The position numbers and the translations under genes were made by a program. A stretch of 64,000 nucleotides of DNA from Alphaproteobacteria bacterium (GTDB lineage: Bacteria > Pseudomonadota > Alphaproteobacteria > MPNO01 > UBA830): NCBI GenBank assembly GCA_964291215.2, contig OZ219791.1:3424001-3488000 (forward strand), in the 5' to 3' direction. Shown here piece by piece: positions 51,824 through 61,150 of the stretch; the first letter of the stretch is position 1, and the number at the start of each line of letters is the position of its first letter. A model generated the notes under the pieces. The model did no database searches. It was not told where the DNA came from and saw only the letters and a program-made list of their open reading frames with translations.

Positions 51824-52495
51824 TCATTCGAGGACGCTGAGAACCTCAGTGCCTCGCTTGACGACAACGCGCTTTACGTGGTCGCGGATGTCTTTGACCG
51901 AACAATCAACGGTCAATTCAACCACACGCTTCCGACGACGACGCCGTTTCCGCCAATGAGCGTACGGATAATCGGAAATACGCGCGAAGATGGTCTCGTC
52001 CCTGGGATGCGGGAACGGCTTGGTGCAACCGCTGTTGATCGGACAGAGCCAAATCGCATCCCGATGCGCTTTAATCAGCGACCTCGTATCGACTTCAAGA
52101 ACATCGTGCCTCTGCTCTCGATAGGCTTTGGCGTTGGTCATCCTGTGGAGGCGCTCTTCCGAAAGCCAAAAGAAGACTTTGGCGTTCAGCAGTTTATACT
52201 AATCCGCCGGGGAAAGATGGTCGGGCAAAGCCCTTCTAAGACCCGAATCGCTCATTGGGATTTGGTCGCGTACAACAGCCCGACACAGACCGTCTCCTGT
52301 CACCTCAACGCTCTTCGGTCGATGTCGGCTTTCGATCTCGGCCCGTTTTGGCGGCTCAACAGCGTAGTGGTCCAAGAGTGCGCTGGTGCTCAGCAGGCCA
52401 TAACGCTTGATCGATTCCCATGAGCCTCGCTCTGCCATGTGATACAGCGTGGGACAGTCAGTGATCAGCTCTTCAAGCTCCGCTTCGGTCACCAC
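51824..52495 (-). pseudogene. DUF7002-like protein (possible DarT/ART-like fold) with one in-frame TAG
   Basis: LYHMAERGSWESIKRYGLLSTSALL, VRDQIPM, D*YKLLNAKVFFW, PINSG, VVELTV; ORFs 52199-52495 and 51824-52141 are in frame. Confidence 0.65.
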
Positions 52496-52892
52496 GCTCT
52501 CCGATCAATGACGTTACGCCAGCTGAAGTCCGTAGATAGCAGGGAAACAGGTCGACCTGATATTCTCTCGATCTCCTCCACGAAGCTGATAGTATACTCC
52601 GAAAGCTGCTCAAAGCGAAAGGCGTTTCGATTGTTTGCGTCGAAATAGTCGACAAATGTCAGCGCAATGTCGGTCGGACCATTTAGCTGGACGGAATCAC
52701 GAAACTGAAGCCAGTCGAACTCCACTATCCGTCGCGGCTTGTCGGTGGTGGTCGTCCGCTCGGTGCGTTCAAGTTCCTCCAGAGGGACATTGCTGCGCCG
52801 CTGGATTTTGGCCATGTCGACCTCGTGCGCCATCGAACCTGACGGCCCGCCCACCCGGATCGGGTAGGTGCGACAGACCATGATGATTTTTC
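52489..52892 (-). pseudogene. Adenylosuccinate synthetase-like (PurA/PurZ-type) C-terminal fragment, cut by IS66
   Basis: RTYPIRVGGPSG, ERTTTTDKPRRI.EFD, NGPTDIALTFVDY; stop overlaps the next gene start. Confidence 0.8.
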
Positions 52893-53129
52893 GTATCTAC
52901 TCACCCCTTGTTGGGTTCTGATTCATAGTGCTCGTTGATGATGTCTGCGGCTTTTCCGTCGAGGGCGGTCTGGGTGGCGACGAGTGGGTTGTAGCCGAGT
53001 GCGGCCATGGAGGTGAGGTAGCTTGAGCTCCGGCACCATGCTTTTGCGTGGAGCGGAAGCATCCGGACACCTTGACCTTTGCCATCCTGATCTTCTGTTC
53101 TCCGGCATTGTTGGTGAAGCTGACATCGG

Positions 53130-54788
53130 GTGCGCCAGGCAAACTGGTGGAATGTGGCCGGGTGCAAGTCCCGGTAGGAAGAGAGGCTAACCACCACTTT
53201 CTCCGTGAACCATGCGTCGGGCGTCGTGAGGCGCTAGGCGAAGCGTTGGGGAGCGGCAGGCCAGGCTATTGAGCCACGAGATGCTTTGAAACCGGAGTGC
53301 CGAGGTCGTGGCCGAAGGCAACGAGCCGCGTTGGTGAGGGGGGCTCCGCGGGGTCCGAGAACCATGGCACGCGCCGAAGCAGGGACCTGGGAGGTCTTGC
53401 CCCTCTGTCGTGGAGGGGCCGCAGAGGAAAGGAACTAATCCGTAAACCGATGATGAACGAGAAGTCAGATTCGGCCATAGTACCGTTGAAGGCGGCGAAC
53501 AAGGGTTCTTCGGAGCCTGCGGAGTTGCTGGAGGGAAGGGCAATGCGGTTGGCCAAAGCCCGCGCCGCGCGCAGAAGCGGGGGTCACAGGCGGCTGAACG
53601 CAGGTAGCGAAGAGGAACCCGGAAGAGCGTCTTTACTCCACCACGTGACGGTCGACGCTCTGCACGATGCGTTCCATTCCTTGAGGAAGGACGCGGCGGC
53701 GGGCGTGGACGGCGTTGTGTGGCAAGCGTATGCGGAGGGTGTGGAACTGCCTGCACGCCCGTGTGCACAGGGGTGCGTACCGGGCGCCTCCATCTCGGCG
53801 GGTTTACATACCCAAGGAGGATGGAGGGCAACGACCGCTTGCCTCGGACAAGATTCTTCAGCGGGCGGTGTGATTCTGGTGCCGCGAGACGGAGTTCCTC
53901 GGGTTTAGTTACGGCTTCCGGCCAGGGCGCATCATGCGCTCGATGCCGTCACGGTCGGAGTGGAACGGCGGAAGGTCAACTGGATCGTTGACGCCGACAT
54001 CCGTGGGTTCTTCGACAATCTCGACCGCGACCATCTGGTCGCGATGCTCGGGAAACGGATCGGGGGGTCTGATCATCAAGTGGCTGAACGCCGGCGTCAT
54101 GGAAGGGACCGACTGGCAAGGGAACACCGCAAGGGGCGATTGTATCGCCATGCCTTGCGAACGTCTACCTGCACTACGTGCTCGATGACTGGTTCCAGAA
54201 CCACTGGCGCAAGCGGATGGCTGGAGGCGACACGATCATTGTCCGCTATGCGGATGACTTCGTGTGCGGCTTTCAGCGTCTGGGCGACGCGCGGCGCTTT
54301 CTCCGAGACCTTGGGGAGAGACTGGCCCACTTGAACTGCACCCGGAAAATCATCGAGTTCGGACGGTTTGCCAGAGCAAACCGCCGGAAGCAGGGCAAGA
54401 CGTTCGACTTCCTCGGCATGACGCACTTCTGCGAACAGACGAGGAAAGGCAGGTTCAGGGTCGGTCCATCTCGCAAACGGGCACCCTGCGGCGGATCAAG
54501 GAGGCCTTGCGCAGGCGGTGGCACGATAACCGGCACGAAACGGCCAAGTGGTGAGTTATCAACGGCTGCTACTACGCCGTTCCAGGAAGCAGCCTGCAGA
54601 AGTTCATACACCAATGCAAACAGCTGCGTGCCCTTCGGCGACGCTCCCAAAAGGACTTCACCGGGGACACAGACACCCTCACCGCTGCCCACTGAGCCCG
54701 TGGCCAAACCAGCGCCTTGTCGTCAGGGGAGGAGCGAACAGCGCACGTCCGGTTCTGTGCGGGGGGTAACCCGGTTCCCTACCGCGAT
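53130..54788 (+). mobile_element. Group II intron (degenerate), antisense within IS66
   Basis: 5' GTGCG at 53130; D5/D6-like GGAGC...GCACGTCCGGTTCTGTGCGGGGGG...CCCTACCGCGAT ending 54788; removing it restores the IS66 frame LRFTDD/PDVSFTNN. Confidence 0.88.
53600..54725 (+). pseudogene. ltrA: Group II intron reverse transcriptase/maturase, multiply frameshifted
   Basis: LLHHVT, AAAGVDG, SYGFRPG, WIVDADIRGFFD, NVYLHYVLD, VRYADDFV, TFDFLGMTH. Confidence 0.88.
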
Positions 54789-56038
54789 GGTCGTCTGTGA
54801 AGCGCAGGTTTTCGTGTTTCACGAGACGTTCGTGCAAGTTGTGCGCGTTTGCGATGCGTTTTCCTTTCGTCGGGATGTCGGGCAGTTCCTTGGCGCCCTG
54901 AGTGAGGGTGGTGCGGTAGCGCCCGGCCTCGTTCAGGGTCTTGGATGCGCTCTTGTTGATCTTGTGGCAGGGAGCAGGCTCTTCATCAGTCGCGCGGTAG
55001 CCTCGACGACGAAGGTCAGTTCGCGCAGCAGGTGGCTGCCGCTGGTGGCTACACTGCCATGTACGAGGCCCAGGACGCCCTTGCAGCACGGGCCGATCTC
55101 TTGCTTGCGGTGCGGGAACTTGCACGTCCCGACGACATGGAGCCACTTTCTGTTGATCCGAAATCATCGACATCGGGCGTTGCAGGAGCACGGCGGCCTC
55201 CTCCCATGACGCATCGTGAAAGCATGGCCGAGGCCTCGGAGAGCTTGATATCGCCTGCACGAGCGCGACGGCACAGGGGCAGCATCCGGGCGACCAGCAG
55301 GGACGAGGGCCTGGATGCCGTACTGCCCGGATGTTGTCGGGGAACCGGCCCCGGGCCTTGCACTTCGGGCATTCCTCGGCGTCGACGCGGCGCGACCTCG
55401 AACACGATGTCGTGCGGCGCTCGACGGGGTCGGCGCCGCAGGCGTCGCAGGCCGCGACCGTCTCCTCGACGATGGTCTTGCGCAGGTTGTCGCCCATCTG
55501 CCGGTTCGGCTTCGGGCCGTTGCTCTCGGCACGCTCTTGTCCGTCTGTGACGGCGGCAGACCGGAGTTCCGGCTCGTGCGTGGTCTTCTCCAGAAGGACG
55601 ACGATGAGGATGTCGAGGACGCGGATCACGGCCTCTTCCGCCACCTTGCCGGCAGCGCCGCGGTCCTGGCCGCTTCGAACTCCTCGCGCGCCGCCCGTCG
55701 CCATCACCCGGCCTCGCCGCGAGCATCGCCTGGCGCTCGCCCGGCGGCATCTTCCGGTACTCCGCCTTGCGCTTCATCAGCGCACCGCTTCCCGGATGCG
55801 TTTCCACATACAGATCATGCGGAGCCCCGGAAGCAGCTGGCACAGCCCGCTCGTCGCCTTCGATCCAAAGTAGCCCACTGGCGGTCCCCGTCGTTCTCGA
55901 TGACCACCACTAAACGAATCGGCCTGCAGTGTCAAATCTCCACGAAAACCCGTTCGTTGCTCTACCCCGACATCAAGCCGGAACCAGGGGGTGAGCAGTT
56001 ACTTTTGTTCAAGTCAGATTGGTCCAGCTAGTGTCAGG

Positions 56039-56281
56039 TCAATCTGTTTTTTCGATCCGGCAGACGTTGTTCCCGACGGGCACGTCGGCGCCTTCCTCGA
56101 CGAGATGTTCGAGCATCGTCCCGCCGCACGGGGCTTCATATTCGTTGGTAACTTTCTCGGTCTCCATCTCATAGAGGATATCGCCTTCCTTGAATGCCTC
56201 TCCTGGCTGGACACGCCAGGTGACCAGCGTGCCCTCTTCCATATTCATGCCGATCCGCGGCATTTTCAGCGCAACTTTCAC
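56039..56281 (-). CDS. Stand-alone biotin/lipoyl carrier domain protein
   Basis: MPRIGMNMEEGTLVTW, METEKV lipoyl-lysine turn. Confidence 0.88.
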   Translation of the reverse strand: MKVALKMPRIGMNMEEGTLVTWRVQPGEAFKEGDILYEMETEKVTNEYEAPCGGTMLEHLVEEGADVPVGNNVCRIEKTD

Positions 56282-56284
56282 GAT

Positions 56285-57274
56285 TTACGCCTCCGCCCCG
56301 AACGGTTTGCCCAATAGGTCCCGCACGGTGGCCGAGATGCTGCCTTCGTTGGGGAGCAAGGCTTTTTCCAGCGGCGGCGAATATGGTATCGCCACATCGG
56401 GAACGGTAATCCGCTTGATCGGCGCCTTCAGGGCCTCGAAACATTGGTCGGCACAGACGGCGGCCACGTGAGACGCGGCCGAACACAGGTCCCGTGCTTC
56501 ATCGACCACCACCAGCCGGCCGGTGCGGCGAACCGATGAAATGATCGCATCCGTGTCCAACGGGACCATCGTGCGGGGATCGATGAGGTCGACGCCAATA
56601 CCGTCTTCGGCAAGTTGCTTCGCGGCGCGAAGGGCGGGGCGAACCATGGCCCCAATGGCAACCATGGTGACGTCGTTCCCGTCGTGCACTGTGGAGGCCT
56701 TGCCCAGCTCGAAGATCATGTCACCGTCCGGCACTTCGCCGGATTCGCCGCCTCGGCCGGCCGCCTGCAGGAAGACCACCGGGTTGGGATCGTGAATTGA
56801 GGCGCGGAGGAGACCCGCGGCGTCGGCGGGTGTCGCCGGCAGTGCAACCTTGATTCCGCCCAGGTTCATGAACATGGGGTGCATGGCGTCGGAGTGTTGC
56901 GCCGCGGCGGAGCGGCCGCCCCCGAAGACGCTCATATAGACGATCGGCAGGCTGATCTGGCCGGCTGTCATGTAGCGAAGTTTGCTGGCCTGATTGGCGA
57001 TGCTGTCGAAGCCGGTATACATGAAGTTGCCGAACATCATGTGGCAGACGACCTTGTAGCCTGCCGCCGCCGCGCCGACCGCCATGCCGCTCATCACCGT
57101 CTCCGAGATGGGCATGTTCCTGACGCGATGCGCGCCGTGCTTGTCCTTCAGTCCGGCAGTGTCGCCGAAGAGGCTGATTTCCACATCCTCGCCAAACAGG
57201 ACGATCTTCGGATCTCTGGCCATCTCGCTGTCGAGCGTTTCGTTGATGGCCTGGATCATGCGTTTCTTTGCCAT
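56285..57274 (-). CDS. TPP-dependent 2-oxoacid/acetoin dehydrogenase E1 beta
   Basis: LFGEDV, NMPISE, AAQHS, IDPRTMVPLD. Confidence 0.9.
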   Translation of the reverse strand: MAKKRMIQAINETLDSEMARDPKIVLFGEDVEISLFGDTAGLKDKHGAHRVRNMPISETVMSGMAVGAAAAGYKVVCHMMFGNFMYTGFDSIANQASKLRYMTAGQISLPIVYMSVFGGGRSAAAQHSDAMHPMFMNLGGIKVALPATPADAAGLLRASIHDPNPVVFLQAAGRGGESGEVPDGDMIFELGKASTVHDGNDVTMVAIGAMVRPALRAAKQLAEDGIGVDLIDPRTMVPLDTDAIISSVRRTGRLVVVDEARDLCSAASHVAAVCADQCFEALKAPIKRITVPDVAIPYSPPLEKALLPNEGSISATVRDLLGKPFGAEA

Positions 57275-57287
57275 GGATTTGCCTCCC

Positions 57288-58280
57288 TTAGGCGAACATG
57301 TAGCCGGTGCCCTGATCGGTAGGGTCCGGATAGGGTGATTCCTCGGCGAAGGCGACTGCTTCGGCCACTTCCGCCGAGATTTCCGCGTTGATACGGTCGA
57401 GGTCCGCTTGGCTGGCCTGACCGGCTTGCAAGATCCGTCTGGCGAATGCGGGGATGGGGTCATCGGCCTTTTTTTGTTCCACTTCTTCCTCTGACCGGTA
57501 GGTGCCGCTGAGGAACGCATGTTCCCCCACCACGTGGCCGCTGTGACGATAGGTGCGGGCTTCGATCAACGTCGGACCTTCTCCGTCCCTGGCCCGCCGG
57601 ATCGCCCTGGCGGCGCATTGCCAAACCTCGATTAGATCGTTGCCGTCGATGGTCTCATGCGCCGCACCATATGGTTTCGCCCGATCGGCGATGCTGCCTG
57701 ACGTGACGGTTGAGTATGGAGAGAACTCCGAGAACCCGTTGTTCTCACACACGAAAATCACGGGGAGTTTCCATAGGGTCGAAACGTTCAGCGCTTCGCA
57801 CAGCACACCTTGGTTGGCCGCGCCGTCTCCAAAGAAGGCGATTCCCACGGCGCCGTTGCCATCGAGCTGAGCTGCCCAAGCAGCGCCCGTGGCGATGGAG
57901 ATTCCGGCACCGACGATGCCGTTCGCACCGATGATGCCCTTCGAGAAGTCCGCGACATGCATGGATCCGCCGTGTCCCCGGCAGATGCCGGTCTTGCGCC
58001 CATACACCTCCGCCACGAGGCGCCTGCTATCGCCCCCTTTGGCGAGAAAATGTCCATGACCGCGGTGGTTGGAGGCAATCCAGTCGTCGTCGCGAAGCTG
58101 GCTGCAGATACCTACGCCCACTGCTTCCTGTCCGATGTAGAGATGGACAGCACCAGGCAAATTCCCGGCCAGGCTGTCTTTTCCGAGCTGTTCCTCGACA
58201 CGGCGAATGCGCAGCATGTCACGGTAAAAGCCAAGCATTTGCTCGTTGGAGAAATTGGTGTCGGCACCGGAACTGGTCAT
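57288..58280 (-). CDS. TPP-dependent 2-oxoacid/acetoin dehydrogenase E1 alpha
   Basis: HLYIGQEA, SNHRGHGH, GGSMH, FFGDGAANQG...ENN, TYRHSGH. Confidence 0.9.
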   Translation of the reverse strand: MTSSGADTNFSNEQMLGFYRDMLRIRRVEEQLGKDSLAGNLPGAVHLYIGQEAVGVGICSQLRDDDWIASNHRGHGHFLAKGGDSRRLVAEVYGRKTGICRGHGGSMHVADFSKGIIGANGIVGAGISIATGAAWAAQLDGNGAVGIAFFGDGAANQGVLCEALNVSTLWKLPVIFVCENNGFSEFSPYSTVTSGSIADRAKPYGAAHETIDGNDLIEVWQCAARAIRRARDGEGPTLIEARTYRHSGHVVGEHAFLSGTYRSEEEVEQKKADDPIPAFARRILQAGQASQADLDRINAEISAEVAEAVAFAEESPYPDPTDQGTGYMFA

Positions 58281-58349
58281 GAAAATCGTCCTCGCTGTTT
58301 CGAATCGGGCCCTGATCAGGACCATCTCCGAGCGAGGGGATAACATACA

Positions 58350-58375
58350 AAAGGTATAGAAGTCTAGACCTTTAG
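58350..58375. promoter_or_regulatory. Putative GntR (HutC-type) operator upstream of E1 alpha
   Basis: AAAGGTATAGAAGTCTAGACCTTTAG, containing the palindrome GTCTAGAC; similar to 59215-59244. Confidence 0.6.
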
Positions 58376-58466
58376 AATGAGAGGCCGGTGATTTTCGCCT
58401 CACCACCCAGTCATAAGCCGATGAATATTTCTGATTGGAGAGGGGGGCTGGTCCTCGGAAACTGCT

Positions 58467-59189
58467 CTATTCGGTCCCGTCGACGGTGAACTCCATCTCG
58501 AACTGGAGTGCATCACCCGGATAGAGGAGGGTCGAGGAGTAAATCAGCCGATCGTGTTCGTCGTATATCTGGCGGTTTACTCTGAAGATCGGGGAGTTCA
58601 CCTTGATTTTCAGCGCCTGCGAAAGTTCAAAGTCGGCGTAGGAGATTCGGACCGACTGTCGGGCGGACCTGAACTTGACCCCCATATTTTCCAATACGCT
58701 GATAACGATCTCGGAGGCAAACCGTTCCGGCGCTTTTTCATAGAGCGCGCTGTCTACCCGCAGATCGACATGACAGAACGGCTTGCCGTCCAGGGAATGA
58801 ATTCGCTTCATGCGGTGATAAGCGATGCCGTTTTCATCCGGCTGCTCGTCCTGGGAGTCTTCCACAAGGACCGAAACCTCGAGCTGCGAGACCATGGAGT
58901 ACAACTGCGAAAGCTGTGCCTGCATGTTCAAGGTTTGGCGTGTGGGCAGCTTGATCTTCTTGACAAATGTTCCGCGGCCGGCGTGGCGTTCGATGAGACC
59001 CTCGGTCTCCAGGGCATCCATCGCCTGGCGAATGGTCATCCTTGCCACGCCCAGTTTGCTGGTGAGTTCGCTGAGGGGCGGGAGCTGCTCGCCCGGGGCC
59101 AGCGTACCGGACATGATTTGATTGCGAAGAAGTGAGGCCACCTCGGCGTGCAGAGGGACAGCTTCTCGCTTCATCGCAGGGAGATTCAT
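58467..59189 (-). CDS. GntR family regulator (HutC/UTRA type)
   Basis: PGEQLP...LGVARMTIRQAM..L..EGLI.R..GRGTFV with a UTRA-like C-terminus. Confidence 0.9.
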   Translation of the reverse strand: MNLPAMKREAVPLHAEVASLLRNQIMSGTLAPGEQLPPLSELTSKLGVARMTIRQAMDALETEGLIERHAGRGTFVKKIKLPTRQTLNMQAQLSQLYSMVSQLEVSVLVEDSQDEQPDENGIAYHRMKRIHSLDGKPFCHVDLRVDSALYEKAPERFASEIVISVLENMGVKFRSARQSVRISYADFELSQALKIKVNSPIFRVNRQIYDEHDRLIYSSTLLYPGDALQFEMEFTVDGTE

Positions 59190-59214
59190 ATTGACTCTCG
59201 GATCTTCAGTGACT

Positions 59215-59244
59215 AAAGGTATAAAGGTCTAGCACTTTATATAC
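59215..59244. promoter_or_regulatory. Putative GntR operator in the gntR/transketolase divergent region
   Basis: AAAGGTATAAAGGTCTAGCACTTTATATAC, second copy of the 58350 motif. Confidence 0.55.
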
Positions 59245-59308
59245 ACGATTCGAGTTTTGTTTGCAAGGGATTTGCCGATCCCGAACCTTCGGATCGAAGG
59301 GGGTCGAG

Positions 59309-60151
59309 TTGTCACAAGCCGATCATTCAAAGCACAATATCGCCGAACTGGAGAGCATTGCCGCGAAGTTGCGCTTGCGGGTAGTCGAGATGGTTGCGCC
59401 GACGGGCCAGGGTTATGTCCAACAGGGCTTGGGTTCGGCCGATATATTCACCGCCTTGTATTTCGCCGAGGCGCGCGTTGATCCCGAGAATCCGAATTGG
59501 CAAGACCGCGACCGTGTCTTCCTAACCACCGCACATAACACGGCCATCTTCTACGCCGCGTTGGCCGAGCGCGGCTTTTTCGAAACCGAGCGGCTGTCGA
59601 CCTACTGCAAAGACGGATCTCCATTGGAGATTAATGCGTCCGAGCGCATGGGCCGGTTTGTCGAAGCGACCTGCGGCTCACTTGGCCAAGGCCTCTCGGT
59701 CGCCGTCGGCACGGCGCTGGCGGCCAGGCGTCAGGGGCGTCCGACCAGGTGTTATGTGGTTTTGGGGGATGGCGAGATGCAGGAGGGACAGGTTTGGGAA
59801 GCCCTGATGTCCGCCGGCGCGTGGGGCCTCGACAATCTCTGCGTCATTCTCGACTTCAACGAGATGCAGTGCGAGGGACACATGGATAATGTGGTCTCCC
59901 TCCGCCCGGTTGTGGACAAAGTCGAGAGCTTCGGCTTTGCGGTGCACGACATCGACGGCAATGACATGGCCGCGATCCTGAACGCCCTCGATGCGGCCCG
60001 GGAAACCGAGGGCAAACCTGCATTCATCAACGCAAGGACGCTGGTTGGAAAAGGGGTTCCCGCACTGGAAGGCCTCATGGCGCATCAGCTCATGTTCCCG
60101 CCCGAGGTGGCGGAGAACGCCATCGCCGTTCTGAAGGAAAACCGCTTATGA
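59309..60151 (+). CDS. Transketolase N-terminal subunit (pair 1)
   Basis: RDRVFL, GSLGQGLS, GDGEMQEGQVWEA; TTG start inferred. Confidence 0.88.
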   Translation: MSQADHSKHNIAELESIAAKLRLRVVEMVAPTGQGYVQQGLGSADIFTALYFAEARVDPENPNWQDRDRVFLTTAHNTAIFYAALAERGFFETERLSTYCKDGSPLEINASERMGRFVEATCGSLGQGLSVAVGTALAARRQGRPTRCYVVLGDGEMQEGQVWEALMSAGAWGLDNLCVILDFNEMQCEGHMDNVVSLRPVVDKVESFGFAVHDIDGNDMAAILNALDAARETEGKPAFINARTLVGKGVPALEGLMAHQLMFPPEVAENAIAVLKENRL

Positions 60152-61140
60152 GCCAGGCTCATAAACTCGACAAATTTGAGGCGGCCGACTTCATCAGCCG
60201 GACCCACAAGCCCATCCCCCGGTTCTACGGTGATGCGCTTCTGGCGGCGGCGAAAAAGGACGAGCGCATCCTCGCCCTGACAGCCGACCTGGCCACGCCG
60301 ACCGAGACCGACATCTTTCGCGACGAGCTGCCGGAACGCTACCACAACGTCGGCATCGCGGAAGCCAACATGATCGGGCTGGCAAGCGGCATGGCGCGGG
60401 CGGGCGAAATTCCGTTCGTGCACACCTTCTGCTCGTTCGCCACGAAGCGATGCTACGACCAGATCACCATGCAGGCCGCCTATCCCAACCTGCCGGTCAA
60501 AATCGTGGGATTCCTGCCCGGGGTGGCGACTCTGCTCGGGGTTTCACATCAGGCCATCGAGGATGTAGCGATCATGCGGGCCATCCCCAACTTGGTGGTC
60601 CTCGATCCGTCCGGTCCGGAATATCACGCTTCTGCCGTTGACGTCGCACTGGCCCATGACGGGCCGGTGTATATGCGTCTCAAACGGCCCGAGATCCCGC
60701 CGGAAAACGATATCGTTCCCAAGGAATTCCGAAAGGGCGAGGGCATTCTGGCCCGGGACGGCGACGATCTCACGATCATCGCAGCTGGTCTGTCCGTTAC
60801 GGAGGCCCTCGCCGCTGCGGACCGGTTGGCCGCTGGCGGAATTGAAGCCTCCGTCATCGATATGGCTTCGATCAAACCGCTGGACGCTGATCTGGTCATC
60901 GACCGCGCCAAGGCAACGGGCGCCATCGTAACCGCGGAAAATCATTCGGTGATTGGTGGCCTGGGGTCCGCCGTGGCAGAAGTCCTGTGCGACGCCGGGA
61001 TCGGGCTGCCGTACAGGCGGGTGGGCTTGGCCGACCTGTTTGCCGAAGGGGGCTCCACCCCGTATCTCATGAAGAAGTACGGATTGGACAGCACGGCGAT
61101 CGTCGAGGCCGCCCGAGACGTTTATGCGAAGAAGGCCTGA
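60148..61140 (+). CDS. Transketolase C-terminal subunit (pair 1)
   Basis: LTADL, VGIAEANM, SHQAIED, GPVYMRL, ENHSVIGGLG. Confidence 0.9.
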   Translation: MSQAHKLDKFEAADFISRTHKPIPRFYGDALLAAAKKDERILALTADLATPTETDIFRDELPERYHNVGIAEANMIGLASGMARAGEIPFVHTFCSFATKRCYDQITMQAAYPNLPVKIVGFLPGVATLLGVSHQAIEDVAIMRAIPNLVVLDPSGPEYHASAVDVALAHDGPVYMRLKRPEIPPENDIVPKEFRKGEGILARDGDDLTIIAAGLSVTEALAAADRLAAGGIEASVIDMASIKPLDADLVIDRAKATGAIVTAENHSVIGGLGSAVAEVLCDAGIGLPYRRVGLADLFAEGGSTPYLMKKYGLDSTAIVEAARDVYAKKA

Positions 61141-61150
61141 GGTCTGGCGA

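Larger units (their letters stand above)
52893..56002 (-). mobile_element. IS66-family element (eroded), interrupted by a group II intron
   Basis: TIRs GTAACTGCTCACCCC (56002 end) / GTATCTACTCACCCC (52893); CDACG, AEECPKC, KGKRIANAHNLHERL, FTNNAGEQKIRMAKVK. Confidence 0.85.

Noticed and set aside
22336-52201. Stop-codon recoding (Sec, Pyl or amber readthrough) to explain in-frame TGA/TAG in defence genes
   Set aside because: Ordinary genes here end in TAG and TGA; at least two stops sit at expected Trp codons (single TGG transitions); the same operons also carry frameshifts and IS truncations
53600-54725. RT as a retron, DGR or defence RT
   Set aside because: It is enclosed by group II intron boundaries with D5/D6 and a precise insertion site, so it is an ordinary intron maturase
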